Below are positions 23,769 to 33,264 of a stretch of 64,000 nucleotides of DNA, piece after piece (the stretch's first letter is position 1; each line of letters begins with the position of its first letter). The stretch covers positions 512,001 to 576,000 of the forward strand of contig CBDCUI010000007.1 in NCBI GenBank assembly GCA_965222615.1, given 5' to 3'. The stretch is from Gammaproteobacteria bacterium (GTDB lineage: Bacteria > Pseudomonadota > Gammaproteobacteria > UBA4575). The notes below the pieces were generated by a model, which searched no databases, was not told where the DNA came from, and was given only the letters and a program-made list of their open reading frames with translations. The translations under genes and the position numbers were made by a program.

Positions 23769-23776
23769 AAACTAAA

Positions 23777-24196
23777 TTACTCCCATCCGCAAGCAGCGGC
23801 AGTATGAGTATTGTTTGAAATCAACTTTGCTTGGGCTTGGTTTATACCAAGATCGCCACACCCATCTCCAGTTTGTGCCCCTGCACGTGTCGCTGTTACC
23901 GTAAATGTTTGTGAGGGTGCTGCTGCTACAGTCGCAGTAATACTGTAAAAACCTTCGGGACTAGTAGCCAGAATTCCTGATCTCGCAAGCGTTGCACTAT
24001 AGCGCCCAAACTGCGTATAGAATCGTTCCATCCTAGCTGCAGCATCCATTAAAGCAGACTTGGCATCCGAACGACGGGTCTTTCTTACTTGTTCTTGATA
24101 AGACGGATAAGCGATCGATGCAATGATGGCAACGATCACTACCACAACCATTAACTCTATTAAATTAAAACCGCGTAATTTTTTCATACATTTCAT
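23777..24196 (-). CDS. pilE: Type IV minor pilin PilE-like (extra copy)
   Basis: G/FNLIELM prepilin site with E5, AYPSYQ..VRKTRRSDA, C-terminal Cys pair. Confidence 0.85.
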   Translation of the reverse strand: MKCMKKLRGFNLIELMVVVVIVAIIASIAYPSYQEQVRKTRRSDAKSALMDAAARMERFYTQFGRYSATLARSGILATSPEGFYSITATVAAAPSQTFTVTATRAGAQTGDGCGDLGINQAQAKLISNNTHTAAACGWE

Positions 24197-24263
24197 ATAA
24201 GAACTTACCTTAGCCTAACCAGTATGGCGCAAAAGTGATAGCCAACACAAAATTATCGATAGG

Positions 24264-24704
24264 CTACCATTTTTCCTTTGGTGTTTTTTCTCCCCGAGAA
24301 TTAAAAGTCAGATTACCATCCGAAGTTTGTCCCCCTACTGCAGTAGCAGTTAAGGCTACACACTGAGATAACGCAGTACCAGCTTCACAGGTTCCTGCGG
24401 TTATTTGATAAAAACCTTCATCCGAATCCACCTTCCCACTGCCTGCATCCGGATATCCTAACCCATTAGGATCTAATGCAACCAAGTTGTTCGTGTATGA
24501 CCCATAATTGGTAAAAAATCGTTCTTGTGCATTCATGACTTCCATCAACATTGCTTGGCCATCAGCACGGCGCGTTTTTCTCATTTGATCTTGATACGAT
24601 GGATAAGCAATGCTGGCGATAATACCAACAATGGCAACCACAATCATTAATTCAATAAGAGTTATTCCCTTAGCATATTTTATATTTTCATTATTCATGG
24701 TCAT
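24264..24704 (-). CDS. pilE: Type IV minor pilin PilE-like (operon 1)
   Basis: G/ITLIELMIVV, AYPSYQ..RKTRRADG; start at 24704 or 24698 rather than TTG 24731. Confidence 0.85.
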   Translation of the reverse strand: MTMNNENIKYAKGITLIELMIVVAIVGIIASIAYPSYQDQMRKTRRADGQAMLMEVMNAQERFFTNYGSYTNNLVALDPNGLGYPDAGSGKVDSDEGFYQITAGTCEAGTALSQCVALTATAVGGQTSDGNLTFNSRGEKTPKEKW

Positions 24705-24723
24705 ATGTATAAAAACTAAAATA

Positions 24724-25068
24724 TTAGTCAAGTTCTACTGTGTCTTTAGGTAAAATCCAAATTTCAGTAACTACTTTTCTCTTGGCATAAGGATCGGCTA
24801 ATGTGAAGCCTAGTTCCATGCCTTTTCGTAAAGAATTTATAGAAACTATATTGTTATTCAAAGTATGGACTTTCGTGTCATTACCAACTTTGTAAGCTGT
24901 AGCATTAATAATTAATGTATTCCCACCATTTTCTACTTTTTGAAAAATACCTTCGTTACTGAACGTGCTGGGATAAAATTCTGGTAACTTACCTTTACCC
25001 CATACTGGATTTGTAAGACTAAGCGTTAGCAATGTTAAAAAAATAAATTTTAACTTTGACTTTAGCAT
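24724..25068 (-). CDS. Small secreted protein, PilY2-like by size and position
   Basis: Signal peptide; lies between pilY1 and pilE; paralogous to 32890..33252 (LP.FYP..F, VH.L, GM...F.L, W.LP). Confidence 0.55.
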   Translation of the reverse strand: MLKSKLKFIFLTLLTLSLTNPVWGKGKLPEFYPSTFSNEGIFQKVENGGNTLIINATAYKVGNDTKVHTLNNNIVSINSLRKGMELGFTLADPYAKRKVVTEIWILPKDTVELD

Positions 25069-25088
25069 GGTAATTCTCCGTAATAACT

Positions 25089-28000
25089 CTAGTGAACAAT
25101 CAGTTCGCGCCAGGAGTTTCTTCCCGCAGTATTAGAATTCTTTGTATTAGTTCCGATTACACGTACGCTTTTGTCACTCTGTTGTGTTAGACGGTAATGA
25201 CTAATAAATGCTGCATCTGTAGGTGTTGTCGAATCAAACCGCATACCAGCAACAATATATGGAGCTCCAGTCAAATCATCAATATTGTCCAACAAATCAA
25301 ATGTACCATCTGCATTTATATCAAAAATTACTTTATCACCAGAGCCGCCCGTAATTGGATCAAATGCGAGTTCAAATCCACCTGCGCCATTATTACATGG
25401 GTTAGAGCTCTTCGGAATTACAGTGTTAACAAATAAAAAATCACCACGAAGCTGTATATTTCGTACTGCACGTTCACCTGGATATTCAACTCCACTACTG
25501 CTTCCAGCTGGAGGCATATCAAGATCAATGTACCAGCCCATGACACGGTTATTTGCGCTTCCATTATCTTTCCAATTCACATCATGATTGCTTAAGGATC
25601 GAACTGTGAATCCATGTTCTTTTACCGAATGATTAGTAAATACTTGTTCAACCAGCTGATTATTAGCACCAGGCATAGTGACTTCATAACCCGTATTGTT
25701 ATCCCAAATTCCATAGATTGACTGGATATCTGTATTCGTAGAGTCATCCGAAGTCATCCAACTTCCAGTTGCAGTGATCACAATATAACCAGGTGACGTT
25801 GGGTGCTTAACCACGATAGGCCTTGTTGTGATGGGTTGTGGAATAGTTCTTGAACCCGCTGGGCCATATTTAGCTCTAAATATAACATCTCGATTTGAGC
25901 TATTATCCCAGTCACTCGGTGAACTGCTGCTGATATCGATACGATAAAGATTGCCCTGCAAATCACCTGCATAGAGTCGATCAACTGTTCCATCATTATC
26001 TACATCGATACCGCGTACCGCTCCAATTCCATTTGGTGTTGTACCATCACTACTCTCTGCTTTACCGTAACCTGTACTGATTTTGATGTAATCGCTTCCT
26101 GCTGTCCAAACGCCATCTTGTCCCGCTTCTATAAATAAAATATAAATTGCTGCATCCCCATCTGCGCTGGTGCTGTTATAACCATTTCCGAATATCGCAA
26201 CCCATTTTTTCTCGTTATCGCCATATTCTGCATTACTCATCGCAATCAGTGGTTCACTATAAGTAAACCCAAGATCACTATTGCCTGCACCACCATCATC
26301 ATCATCGTCATCATCACCACTACCATCATCATCTTCAGTAAACTCCCACATCACATTAGCCACAGCGTTAGATTCTGAATTAAATGAACTTGGATCAGTG
26401 ATGTTTAAAGCGTAGTAACCTTTACCTCCATGGCCTAAACCACCGATTAATACGGAATTCCAGCTTTTGCTTGACTCGCCTTTTTTAGTCATAAATATAT
26501 CATTTACACTTGGCGTCAAATCAACGTAAAAACGATGTGAGTAACTGGGCTTAGTTAATTCAGATAAATTGCCAAACACAAGATTAGGGACATAAGCAAA
26601 TATCTCCTCACCCGTATCGGCATTGAACGCATGCAGCATGCCATCATTTCCACCGACATAAACAACCCCCTGGCGATTAGCATTGTCGCTTTTAAAAGTA
26701 TTATATAGATCAGCTACATTGTCCGGAAATGAACCCGGAAACGTACTTGAATTGCGACCAAAGTAAGGTGGCTTGCCTACATATACTGGAGTCGAATGAA
26801 CAAAGTCGCCTAACTTACCACTGTTAACTGGGCGAGGCCTAAATTCACCATCATCAAAACTCAAACCTTCATCTATCGAATGACCGCGTAAATAATTAAG
26901 ACGTTCGTCACCCACATTTGAAACGTTTGCAGGTACAGGTGAATTTAAAAGTGCTTGTTGCCCAACGGTGATATTATTGACACCGCCCCAACGAAACGCT
27001 TTCCCTGTACTGGAAAAGCCATTGTCATCATAAGTTATGATCACACGAGAATCACTTGAAGCTCCTGTTTTACCATCAAGTTGAGAAGCCGCACTCCACT
27101 CAAAAATTGGATTACCAGAGTTATCTGTATTGAGCGTTCCATCTGTGTTAATCCGCTGAGCAACTAAATCTCCAGTGTCGTTTTGTGTGTTAAAAAATGC
27201 GCGGTATACAACTGAGTCACTTTGGATAGTATGGGTGTTAAACGCTACGGATGACGCAGCACCTTCACCAATTCCTATTTCTTCAAACATGGCAGTAAGA
27301 GTATCTGCTAGCTCTTGGGGATCATTGGCAGTCTTAAAATCTCCACGTCCGTTATAAGCGGCATGTCGTAAGTCGTCAATTTTTTCTGCATTGCCAGCGA
27401 AAGGATTTGGCCAGTTAAATGCTGTCCTTGGGTTTTTTGGCATGGAAGATAATGTACCTTCCACACCTAGACCCAATGTATACGTGATCAAATGTTGATG
27501 TAACGTGTCGGTTTTATTCAAAACACCACTACCAGCGTAGCGATTAATTTCTAATTGGGTAATCGGAACATCATCAGATAAAGTATCGTGAAGATCACGT
27601 TCATAAAAATGCATAGCAACATCCGCTAAGGTCTTATGATCACTACCTGCAAAAGCGCCTCCATCAAACTCCGTATCGTTATCATCATCGGCATTAATTG
27701 CAATTGCTGGGCCTGTCGGGTCATTGTAAAAACCATCTGTCAAGGCTACTGCGTAGTTCTGTTGACAAATCCCTTTAGGTGCAGCCAACACCGCACAATT
27801 TGGGTCCCCTGGACTACTGTCAGATGTGGCACCAAAAATATCTTGCTGATTTGCACCACTACCGACTTTACATTCAAAGTAACGACCCAATTTTTCCAAA
27901 CCTGGTCGTAATGGAGTACCCCCTGTGGGTTGCGAGGTGAAAATTTTACTCAATAAATCTTTCTTAGGGCCTGGGACCGTAGAGGATTTATTCATCGCAG

Positions 28001-29078
28001 CCAACTTGGTATTAACACTATTATTGTTATGCAAGGTCGCATAACCAAGTCGCGCATTGGTGGCATTTTCAATGACATGACTTAATGCAGCTTTTGCGAT
28101 CAGATCACGTTTACGATAATAACTAAACCAGTTTTTAAAATTCTGTTTTTCTTCAGCAGAACTGCATGTAACCGTGCCATCTCCATTATCAGTACCGCAA
28201 TCAAGTCGTCCTACCTTTGTATTAGGATCGTACTTTGCTCGTATGAATTTGCTTGGACAAGGTATACTGGGAACGGCTGGACCTGTGCAAAACGGTCCGA
28301 AGTCTCCAATTCCAACCCATCGATGAGGCTCTAACGGGTCAACATGTCCATCACCGTCAGTATCTTTCCACAAATAATAGCGAGCAGGATACATCGGCAT
28401 GGTTAAATCTTCTTTCAAGGTATCTGTGTAATCACTCCAGCGCGTGGTGATATAAATGGTTGTGAAAAGATTTAATCCACCTAAGCTTGGATCATAAGGA
28501 TTATATGGCGCAGTTGTACTTGTGATGGGCCCATATAAATTGCCATTTTTATCTAAACCTTTCCACGGTTGATAAGTGATATCAGGATTATAGTAAACAC
28601 GATTATAATTGTGGATCCATGTTCTCCATATTCCTTCTTGATCAGCAACTGGAATACCCGCAGCTAATAATCCTGCCTCATTAGGCGCAAGACCTAAATC
28701 TTTACTTTGTGCATCATTACCATCAGTATCGTATAAGTTTTTAATGTTTGCAGCCGGCGCTTTTTTAGTTGTTACGCCTGGATCAGGGTGTGCATATTTA
28801 TAGGATTGACCTCTAAAGACAATATTACCATCACCTCCTTCAGTAGTCATGATCCCATGATCCATACTGCCTGAATCATCATTTAAAATCATCACGTTCG
28901 GTTCAACACCGGAAGTAACTTCCAGCACTGAGTTAGAAAGATTTAAATCTCCAGCACTGGAATATGTTGTGAATAGGGCTAATAGCATTAGTGCTAGTGC
29001 TTTAACCGTGTTACTAGCATAAAATTGATATTTAAACTTTCCTATTCTTTGCTGATACATTGTTCCAACTCCAAACAT
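25089..29078 (-). CDS. pilY1: PilY1/PilC type IV pilus tip adhesin, copy 1
   Basis: Signal peptide, vWA MIDAS DDSGS, LGDFVHSTP, YVGGNDGMLHAF, Ca loop DVDNDGTVD-RLYAGDLQGN, C-terminal GRNSWRE. Confidence 0.95.
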   Translation of the reverse strand: MFGVGTMYQQRIGKFKYQFYASNTVKALALMLLALFTTYSSAGDLNLSNSVLEVTSGVEPNVMILNDDSGSMDHGIMTTEGGDGNIVFRGQSYKYAHPDPGVTTKKAPAANIKNLYDTDGNDAQSKDLGLAPNEAGLLAAGIPVADQEGIWRTWIHNYNRVYYNPDITYQPWKGLDKNGNLYGPITSTTAPYNPYDPSLGGLNLFTTIYITTRWSDYTDTLKEDLTMPMYPARYYLWKDTDGDGHVDPLEPHRWVGIGDFGPFCTGPAVPSIPCPSKFIRAKYDPNTKVGRLDCGTDNGDGTVTCSSAEEKQNFKNWFSYYRKRDLIAKAALSHVIENATNARLGYATLHNNNSVNTKLAAMNKSSTVPGPKKDLLSKIFTSQPTGGTPLRPGLEKLGRYFECKVGSGANQQDIFGATSDSSPGDPNCAVLAAPKGICQQNYAVALTDGFYNDPTGPAIAINADDDNDTEFDGGAFAGSDHKTLADVAMHFYERDLHDTLSDDVPITQLEINRYAGSGVLNKTDTLHQHLITYTLGLGVEGTLSSMPKNPRTAFNWPNPFAGNAEKIDDLRHAAYNGRGDFKTANDPQELADTLTAMFEEIGIGEGAASSVAFNTHTIQSDSVVYRAFFNTQNDTGDLVAQRINTDGTLNTDNSGNPIFEWSAASQLDGKTGASSDSRVIITYDDNGFSSTGKAFRWGGVNNITVGQQALLNSPVPANVSNVGDERLNYLRGHSIDEGLSFDDGEFRPRPVNSGKLGDFVHSTPVYVGKPPYFGRNSSTFPGSFPDNVADLYNTFKSDNANRQGVVYVGGNDGMLHAFNADTGEEIFAYVPNLVFGNLSELTKPSYSHRFYVDLTPSVNDIFMTKKGESSKSWNSVLIGGLGHGGKGYYALNITDPSSFNSESNAVANVMWEFTEDDDGSGDDDDDDDGGAGNSDLGFTYSEPLIAMSNAEYGDNEKKWVAIFGNGYNSTSADGDAAIYILFIEAGQDGVWTAGSDYIKISTGYGKAESSDGTTPNGIGAVRGIDVDNDGTVDRLYAGDLQGNLYRIDISSSSPSDWDNSSNRDVIFRAKYGPAGSRTIPQPITTRPIVVKHPTSPGYIVITATGSWMTSDDSTNTDIQSIYGIWDNNTGYEVTMPGANNQLVEQVFTNHSVKEHGFTVRSLSNHDVNWKDNGSANNRVMGWYIDLDMPPAGSSSGVEYPGERAVRNIQLRGDFLFVNTVIPKSSNPCNNGAGGFELAFDPITGGSGDKVIFDINADGTFDLLDNIDDLTGAPYIVAGMRFDSTTPTDAAFISHYRLTQQSDKSVRVIGTNTKNSNTAGRNSWRELIVH
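26293..26336. repeat. (ATC/GAT)n microsatellite encoding an Asp-rich insert in PilY1-1
   Basis: CCATCATCATCATCGTCATCATCACCACTACCATCATCATC encodes EDDDGSGDDDDDDGG. Confidence 0.8.
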
Positions 29079-29121
29079 TTTTAAATCCTTTTAAAAATAT
29101 TATAAATAATTAAGCTAAACG

Positions 29122-29679
29122 CTATAGTTTTTTCCCATATGTTGTTTGTAGAAATACTGTTGTGTTGTCATTCAAACCGGTACCACGTGCCGTGACACGA
29201 AACATTTCTGTTACACCTGCACCTGTTCCATCGTTATAGTTACCTAAATTGAGAGAGTCATTTTCAGAAATTACAGATCCGTAATGTTCTATAACATATT
29301 TTGGCGACGTCTTAACTTTATATGTGCTATTAAATACACTATAGGTTTTTGCTTCATTATCATTTCCAGAGTCTGTGCTATCCCAATCAATTAAATTCCA
29401 AATCTTTTCATGAGCATCATCGTAAAAGCCATCTCTCCCATCGGCATCGAATACTCCTGTGGCGATTACATTGTTTTCTATATCGTTTTCTCCAGCCATT
29501 AATGCCGCTTCGGCTGCTTGAAATGCAGTATTTTTATCTTTCGTATTACCAGCCATTTTTTCTTCAAAAGTAGTCATGCGCATTCCTGTCAAACCAATTA
29601 AGGTTAAAACGATAAGCATTAACATGCCTATTACAAGAACAACGCCTTTTTGATTATGGTATGTATGTTTTAATTGCAT
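29122..29679 (-). CDS. pilX: Minor pilin PilX, copy 1
   Basis: QKG/VVLVIG prepilin without E5; EEKMAGN..D...AFQAAEAAL; FRVTARG. Confidence 0.92.
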   Translation of the reverse strand: MQLKHTYHNQKGVVLVIGMLMLIVLTLIGLTGMRMTTFEEKMAGNTKDKNTAFQAAEAALMAGENDIENNVIATGVFDADGRDGFYDDAHEKIWNLIDWDSTDSGNDNEAKTYSVFNSTYKVKTSPKYVIEHYGSVISENDSLNLGNYNDGTGAGVTEMFRVTARGTGLNDNTTVFLQTTYGKKL

Positions 29680-29700
29680 AAATTTATCTGTTTAAATTAA

Positions 29701-30825
29701 TTAAATACCACGATTACGTAGCTTGATGGTTGAATTGAATACGTTTCTTGATCGTTGATCACCGCCATGTGTGATCGTAGTGCCAGTATCAGCGATTTGT
29801 GTTCCGGCTACATTATAGGTATTCGTATCGTTAATTTTTTTAATTTGGTCAGGTGTATGAGCTAATAACCCAATCCTCACCGCAACGACATTATTCCATG
29901 TCAGTACATTGTTTGCAGTTACATAACTCTCTGGTTCAGTATCACCATCGGTATTTTCTCCATACAGAATTTGCATATTTTCAATACCATCAATTAGTTC
30001 TTCAATTACAAATCCAGCGTTAACCGTGCCATGATTAACGTCTAGCCTGCGTCGATAAAGTGAACGACTAGTTCCAGAAGAGCTGACACCAATGAAATAA
30101 CCCACGGCTTTGAACTTAACCATTTGAGCACCAGGCTCAAAGACATAAGGGAATAAACCACCTGGGTCTGAGCAATCTCCAATACCACCCAGACTCTTCG
30201 TGCAATTACCGGGAGAGGCCACACCATTGCCCGTATTGTGTACTATAGTCACGTTAGACGAATTCACGTTAGTCACTTGAAAAATTGCAGAATGAGTTCC
30301 GTCACATACTAATGCAATATCTCCATCATCTAAGGTATGCAAATCGTTTAGTTTAAAATTTGCTGAATTCTTATTTGGATTACTTTCTGCTACTTTAAAA
30401 ATTTCATCATCACCGCCTAATATGACTATTGCATCAGTCCCTGCTACGCGGTCACCAGGTGTGATACCCTCTGAAGGGAAACCAGCAAAAGAACTGACTC
30501 CGCCTTCATGTCCTACTAAGGACATGGTAAAAAAATCAAAAAAAGTTTCTGTTCCTTGAATGGTGTTCGCCATATTTTCATTGATACGGCATGGCAAAAA
30601 ACCTGCCATGCGGACATCTTGTGTTAGATATTGCATGGCAAATCGCGCGTTTTCTTGTAAACGCGATAAATTTTCCGAAAGATTGTAGGTGTCTTTAGTT
30701 GTTAAATAGACCTTGGTTATTCCGGTAGTAAGCAATAAGCCCAACACCATAGCTACCATTAATTCAACAATGCTGAAGCCATGTTGACAAGTTGTCTTCG
30801 ATATAGTTTTAATACTTGTGCTCAT
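29701..30825 (-). CDS. pilW: Minor pilin PilW, copy 1
   Basis: G/FSIVELMVAM, LQENARFA, DVRMAG, GIENMQILYG, LRNR. Confidence 0.92.
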   Translation of the reverse strand: MSTSIKTISKTTCQHGFSIVELMVAMVLGLLLTTGITKVYLTTKDTYNLSENLSRLQENARFAMQYLTQDVRMAGFLPCRINENMANTIQGTETFFDFFTMSLVGHEGGVSSFAGFPSEGITPGDRVAGTDAIVILGGDDEIFKVAESNPNKNSANFKLNDLHTLDDGDIALVCDGTHSAIFQVTNVNSSNVTIVHNTGNGVASPGNCTKSLGGIGDCSDPGGLFPYVFEPGAQMVKFKAVGYFIGVSSSGTSRSLYRRRLDVNHGTVNAGFVIEELIDGIENMQILYGENTDGDTEPESYVTANNVLTWNNVVAVRIGLLAHTPDQIKKINDTNTYNVAGTQIADTGTTITHGGDQRSRNVFNSTIKLRNRGI

Positions 30826-31358
30826 AGTTCTGTACTAACCTGAAAAGTTCTTTGTGTCTCGTCTCGATCATTCCAGCGAACACTTACTGTGTGAATATTT
30901 CCTGTTCTTGTAATTGATCCATCACCTCCTGGCAACATGCCACTAATAGATAAAGTTGTTGAGCATGTGTTTTGTAAATCCCAATTCCCTAATGAACATT
31001 TCCACTGATTAATATCAAATGTAACCAGATCTGATGAACTACAAGTAGAAGATTGACAATTTGTTGTCCCTGATGGAGCCACACCAAATGTAGTGACATA
31101 TTGGCCTGCTTGAGCAGCTGCAAGGTTTGCGCGCATTTTATCTACCATGTCATAAGCAAGGAAAGTAGCTTGAGTACGAAGATAAGCGCTATGGTTATTT
31201 TTAACACTTAACGTCTGTAAAGCTGCTAAACCAACTAAACCAGCAGAAACTACGACTGCAGCAACTAACACTTCAATTAAAGTAGTACCTAGTTGTTTTT
31301 TAATTGGTTGCATATATTTTTTATATGATTTACTCATTTTGACTAAGCTGGCGTACAA
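30822..31358 (-). CDS. pilV: Minor pilin PilV, copy 1 (start probably slightly downstream)
   Basis: G/TTLIEVLVA, AYLRTQATFLAYDMVDKMRAN. Confidence 0.92.
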   Translation of the reverse strand: MYASLVKMSKSYKKYMQPIKKQLGTTLIEVLVAAVVVSAGLVGLAALQTLSVKNNHSAYLRTQATFLAYDMVDKMRANLAAAQAGQYVTTFGVAPSGTTNCQSSTCSSSDLVTFDINQWKCSLGNWDLQNTCSTTLSISGMLPGGDGSITRTGNIHTVSVRWNDRDETQRTFQVSTEL

Positions 31359-31918
31359 ACAGTTATATTGTTACCCAAATCATCTTCAGGAATTTTGTCA
31401 TGATTGGCGTCCTTCGCAACTCGTGCACGTCCTGATGTAGTAATAAAAACTGCGCGCGATTTACTTATGTCACTTTTTTTACACAGCACAAAATGACCAT
31501 CAGTCGTACTAGTAACCCCGCCAGTAGGCAAATAGGAAATAAAATTTGCAAAGCTACTATTAGCACGAAGAGTTAAATTAGAATTTAAGGCTTCATGCAC
31601 TTTTAATAATTGTTCCCCTACATCAAAATCACCATTCACGGGTGAGTTTTCAATAAATACAATCCAGCCACCTTCATAACCTCCACTCGTAATACAGCTT
31701 GCCCCATTAATGCTTTTACAAACTGTAATACTTCTGCCTGTTTTAATCGATTCGCTACGCGCATATTGTAATGTGGAGATTAAATCGTTTACCTGTGTAG
31801 ATAACTGATTTTGTTCAATGATGCTAGAAAAACTAGGCACACCTACAGTAAGTAGTAAAGCAACTACTGCTACTGCAATCATCAATTCAATCACTGTAAA
31901 TCCGCGTTGTGTGTTCAT
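31343..31918 (-). CDS. fimU: FimU/FimT-family minor pilin, copy 1
   Basis: G/FTVIELMIAV, VPSF, LQYARSESIK, GWIVF, SGRAR. Confidence 0.9.
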   Translation of the reverse strand: MNTQRGFTVIELMIAVAVVALLLTVGVPSFSSIIEQNQLSTQVNDLISTLQYARSESIKTGRSITVCKSINGASCITSGGYEGGWIVFIENSPVNGDFDVGEQLLKVHEALNSNLTLRANSSFANFISYLPTGGVTSTTDGHFVLCKKSDISKSRAVFITTSGRARVAKDANHDKIPEDDLGNNITVCTPA

Positions 31919-32463
31919 TTAAAAATTCACAAAGTTAATAAAAATACTGCTCTAAAAAGGGAAGCTGGAACCTCTCTCTCGCAACAACGAGATAAACTTT
32001 ACATTGATTTTTAAGGATTTTTCTCAAGCAGGTTGTAACTCGCTTTGAATCTCTGATAAGCGGAAGCGCTTGATTTAAAAATGTGAACAGGGTTTATTGC
32101 GCGTAAAATAGCGCAACATTTTTCACCGATGAGCGGTAAAAACTACAATAATTAGACTGAAAATCTTTCCTTAACTCAAGTAAAAATTTTCTACGGAAAA
32201 TAATTTTCTAAAAGCTTTGATGTATGCACATATAAAACTGTGGATAGTGTGCAAAAAAATCCTGACCAACGCACACGATAAAAACTTACTCACAATAAAA
32301 GGTAGAAAAAAGCAGACTTGATGAGATCCGTTCGCATGCATTTTTAAAATGCTTCAAAACACACTGAATTCACATTAGTTATCAAATTTCCACGGATAAC
32401 GCTGCGATAAATCCAGACGAATGGAGAATTGATTCAGCCTTTTCTAGATATAAGATTTAGCTT

Positions 32464-32871
32464 TTACCATTTACTAGCAGGAGTTTTGTTATTTCTAGAA
32501 TCTAGTGTTAGATCACCATCTGCAACTTGGCCACCTTGTGCAGTCGCCGTTAATTCAACACATTGACTAAGTGTTAATGTGGGACATGCTTGTGCAGTTA
32601 CTAAATAGAATTGTTTATCTGAAAGCACGGTCCCTCCACCAGCATCTGGAAACCCTAAGTCTGCAATTAGATCTGCTGTGTAGATACTGTTACGCGAAAA
32701 AAACTTTTCTTGCGCTTGCATGATTTCTAATAGCACTTTTTGCCCATCGGTGCGTCGATTTTTGCGCATTTGACTTTGATATCCAGGGAATGCCAATGCA
32801 ACTATGATGGCTAGTATGACTACTACAACCATCAACTCGATAAGCGTTATACCAGTGTTTTGTTTAAACAA
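32464..32871 (-). CDS. pilE: Type IV minor pilin PilE-like (operon 2)
   Basis: G/ITLIELMVVV; clear paralogue of 24264..24704 (RR.DGQ, LSQCV.LTATA.GGQ, DG.LT..SR..KTP..KW). Confidence 0.85.
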   Translation of the reverse strand: MFKQNTGITLIELMVVVVILAIIVALAFPGYQSQMRKNRRTDGQKVLLEIMQAQEKFFSRNSIYTADLIADLGFPDAGGGTVLSDKQFYLVTAQACPTLTLSQCVELTATAQGGQVADGDLTLDSRNNKTPASKW

Positions 32872-32889
32872 GGTTGAATAGGTAACTGC

Positions 32890-33252
32890 TTAGTGAGCAG
32901 GGATCGTATACGCAGGTAATTGCCACAATTTTTTAATATGGCCTTTTTTAAGCGAGCCGCTATGCAAGCTGAACGCTACCGGCATGCCCGGTTGCAGTTG
33001 ATCGACCGTACCAAATTCAGTACTCAAAAGATGTACTTGTACATTTAGATCATATTTAATACGTAGTGCACCAAACAACATTTCGCTTTTCTTTTTATCA
33101 ATACCAGTGAAAATTGCAGAATGTTCGAAATAATCCGGATAGTATTGTGGTAAATTGGAAAGTGTTACTTGAGCAGGCTGTTCAGCAAACAATACTGCAG
33201 AAATTAAACTAAGTGCTACTACAAAAGTTAAATTTCGAATCTTCCTACACAT
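32890..33252 (-). CDS. Small secreted protein, PilY2-like by size and position, copy 2
   Basis: Signal peptide; between pilY1 and pilE; paralogue of 24724..25068. Confidence 0.55.
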   Translation of the reverse strand: MCRKIRNLTFVVALSLISAVLFAEQPAQVTLSNLPQYYPDYFEHSAIFTGIDKKKSEMLFGALRIKYDLNVQVHLLSTEFGTVDQLQPGMPVAFSLHSGSLKKGHIKKLWQLPAYTIPAH

Positions 33253-33264
33253 AACTAGTTACCG

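Noticed and set aside
32211-32390. Possible sixth MITE copy (AAAGCTTTGAT...ATCAAATTTCC)
   Set aside because: Only short end similarity; the interior does not align with the other copies
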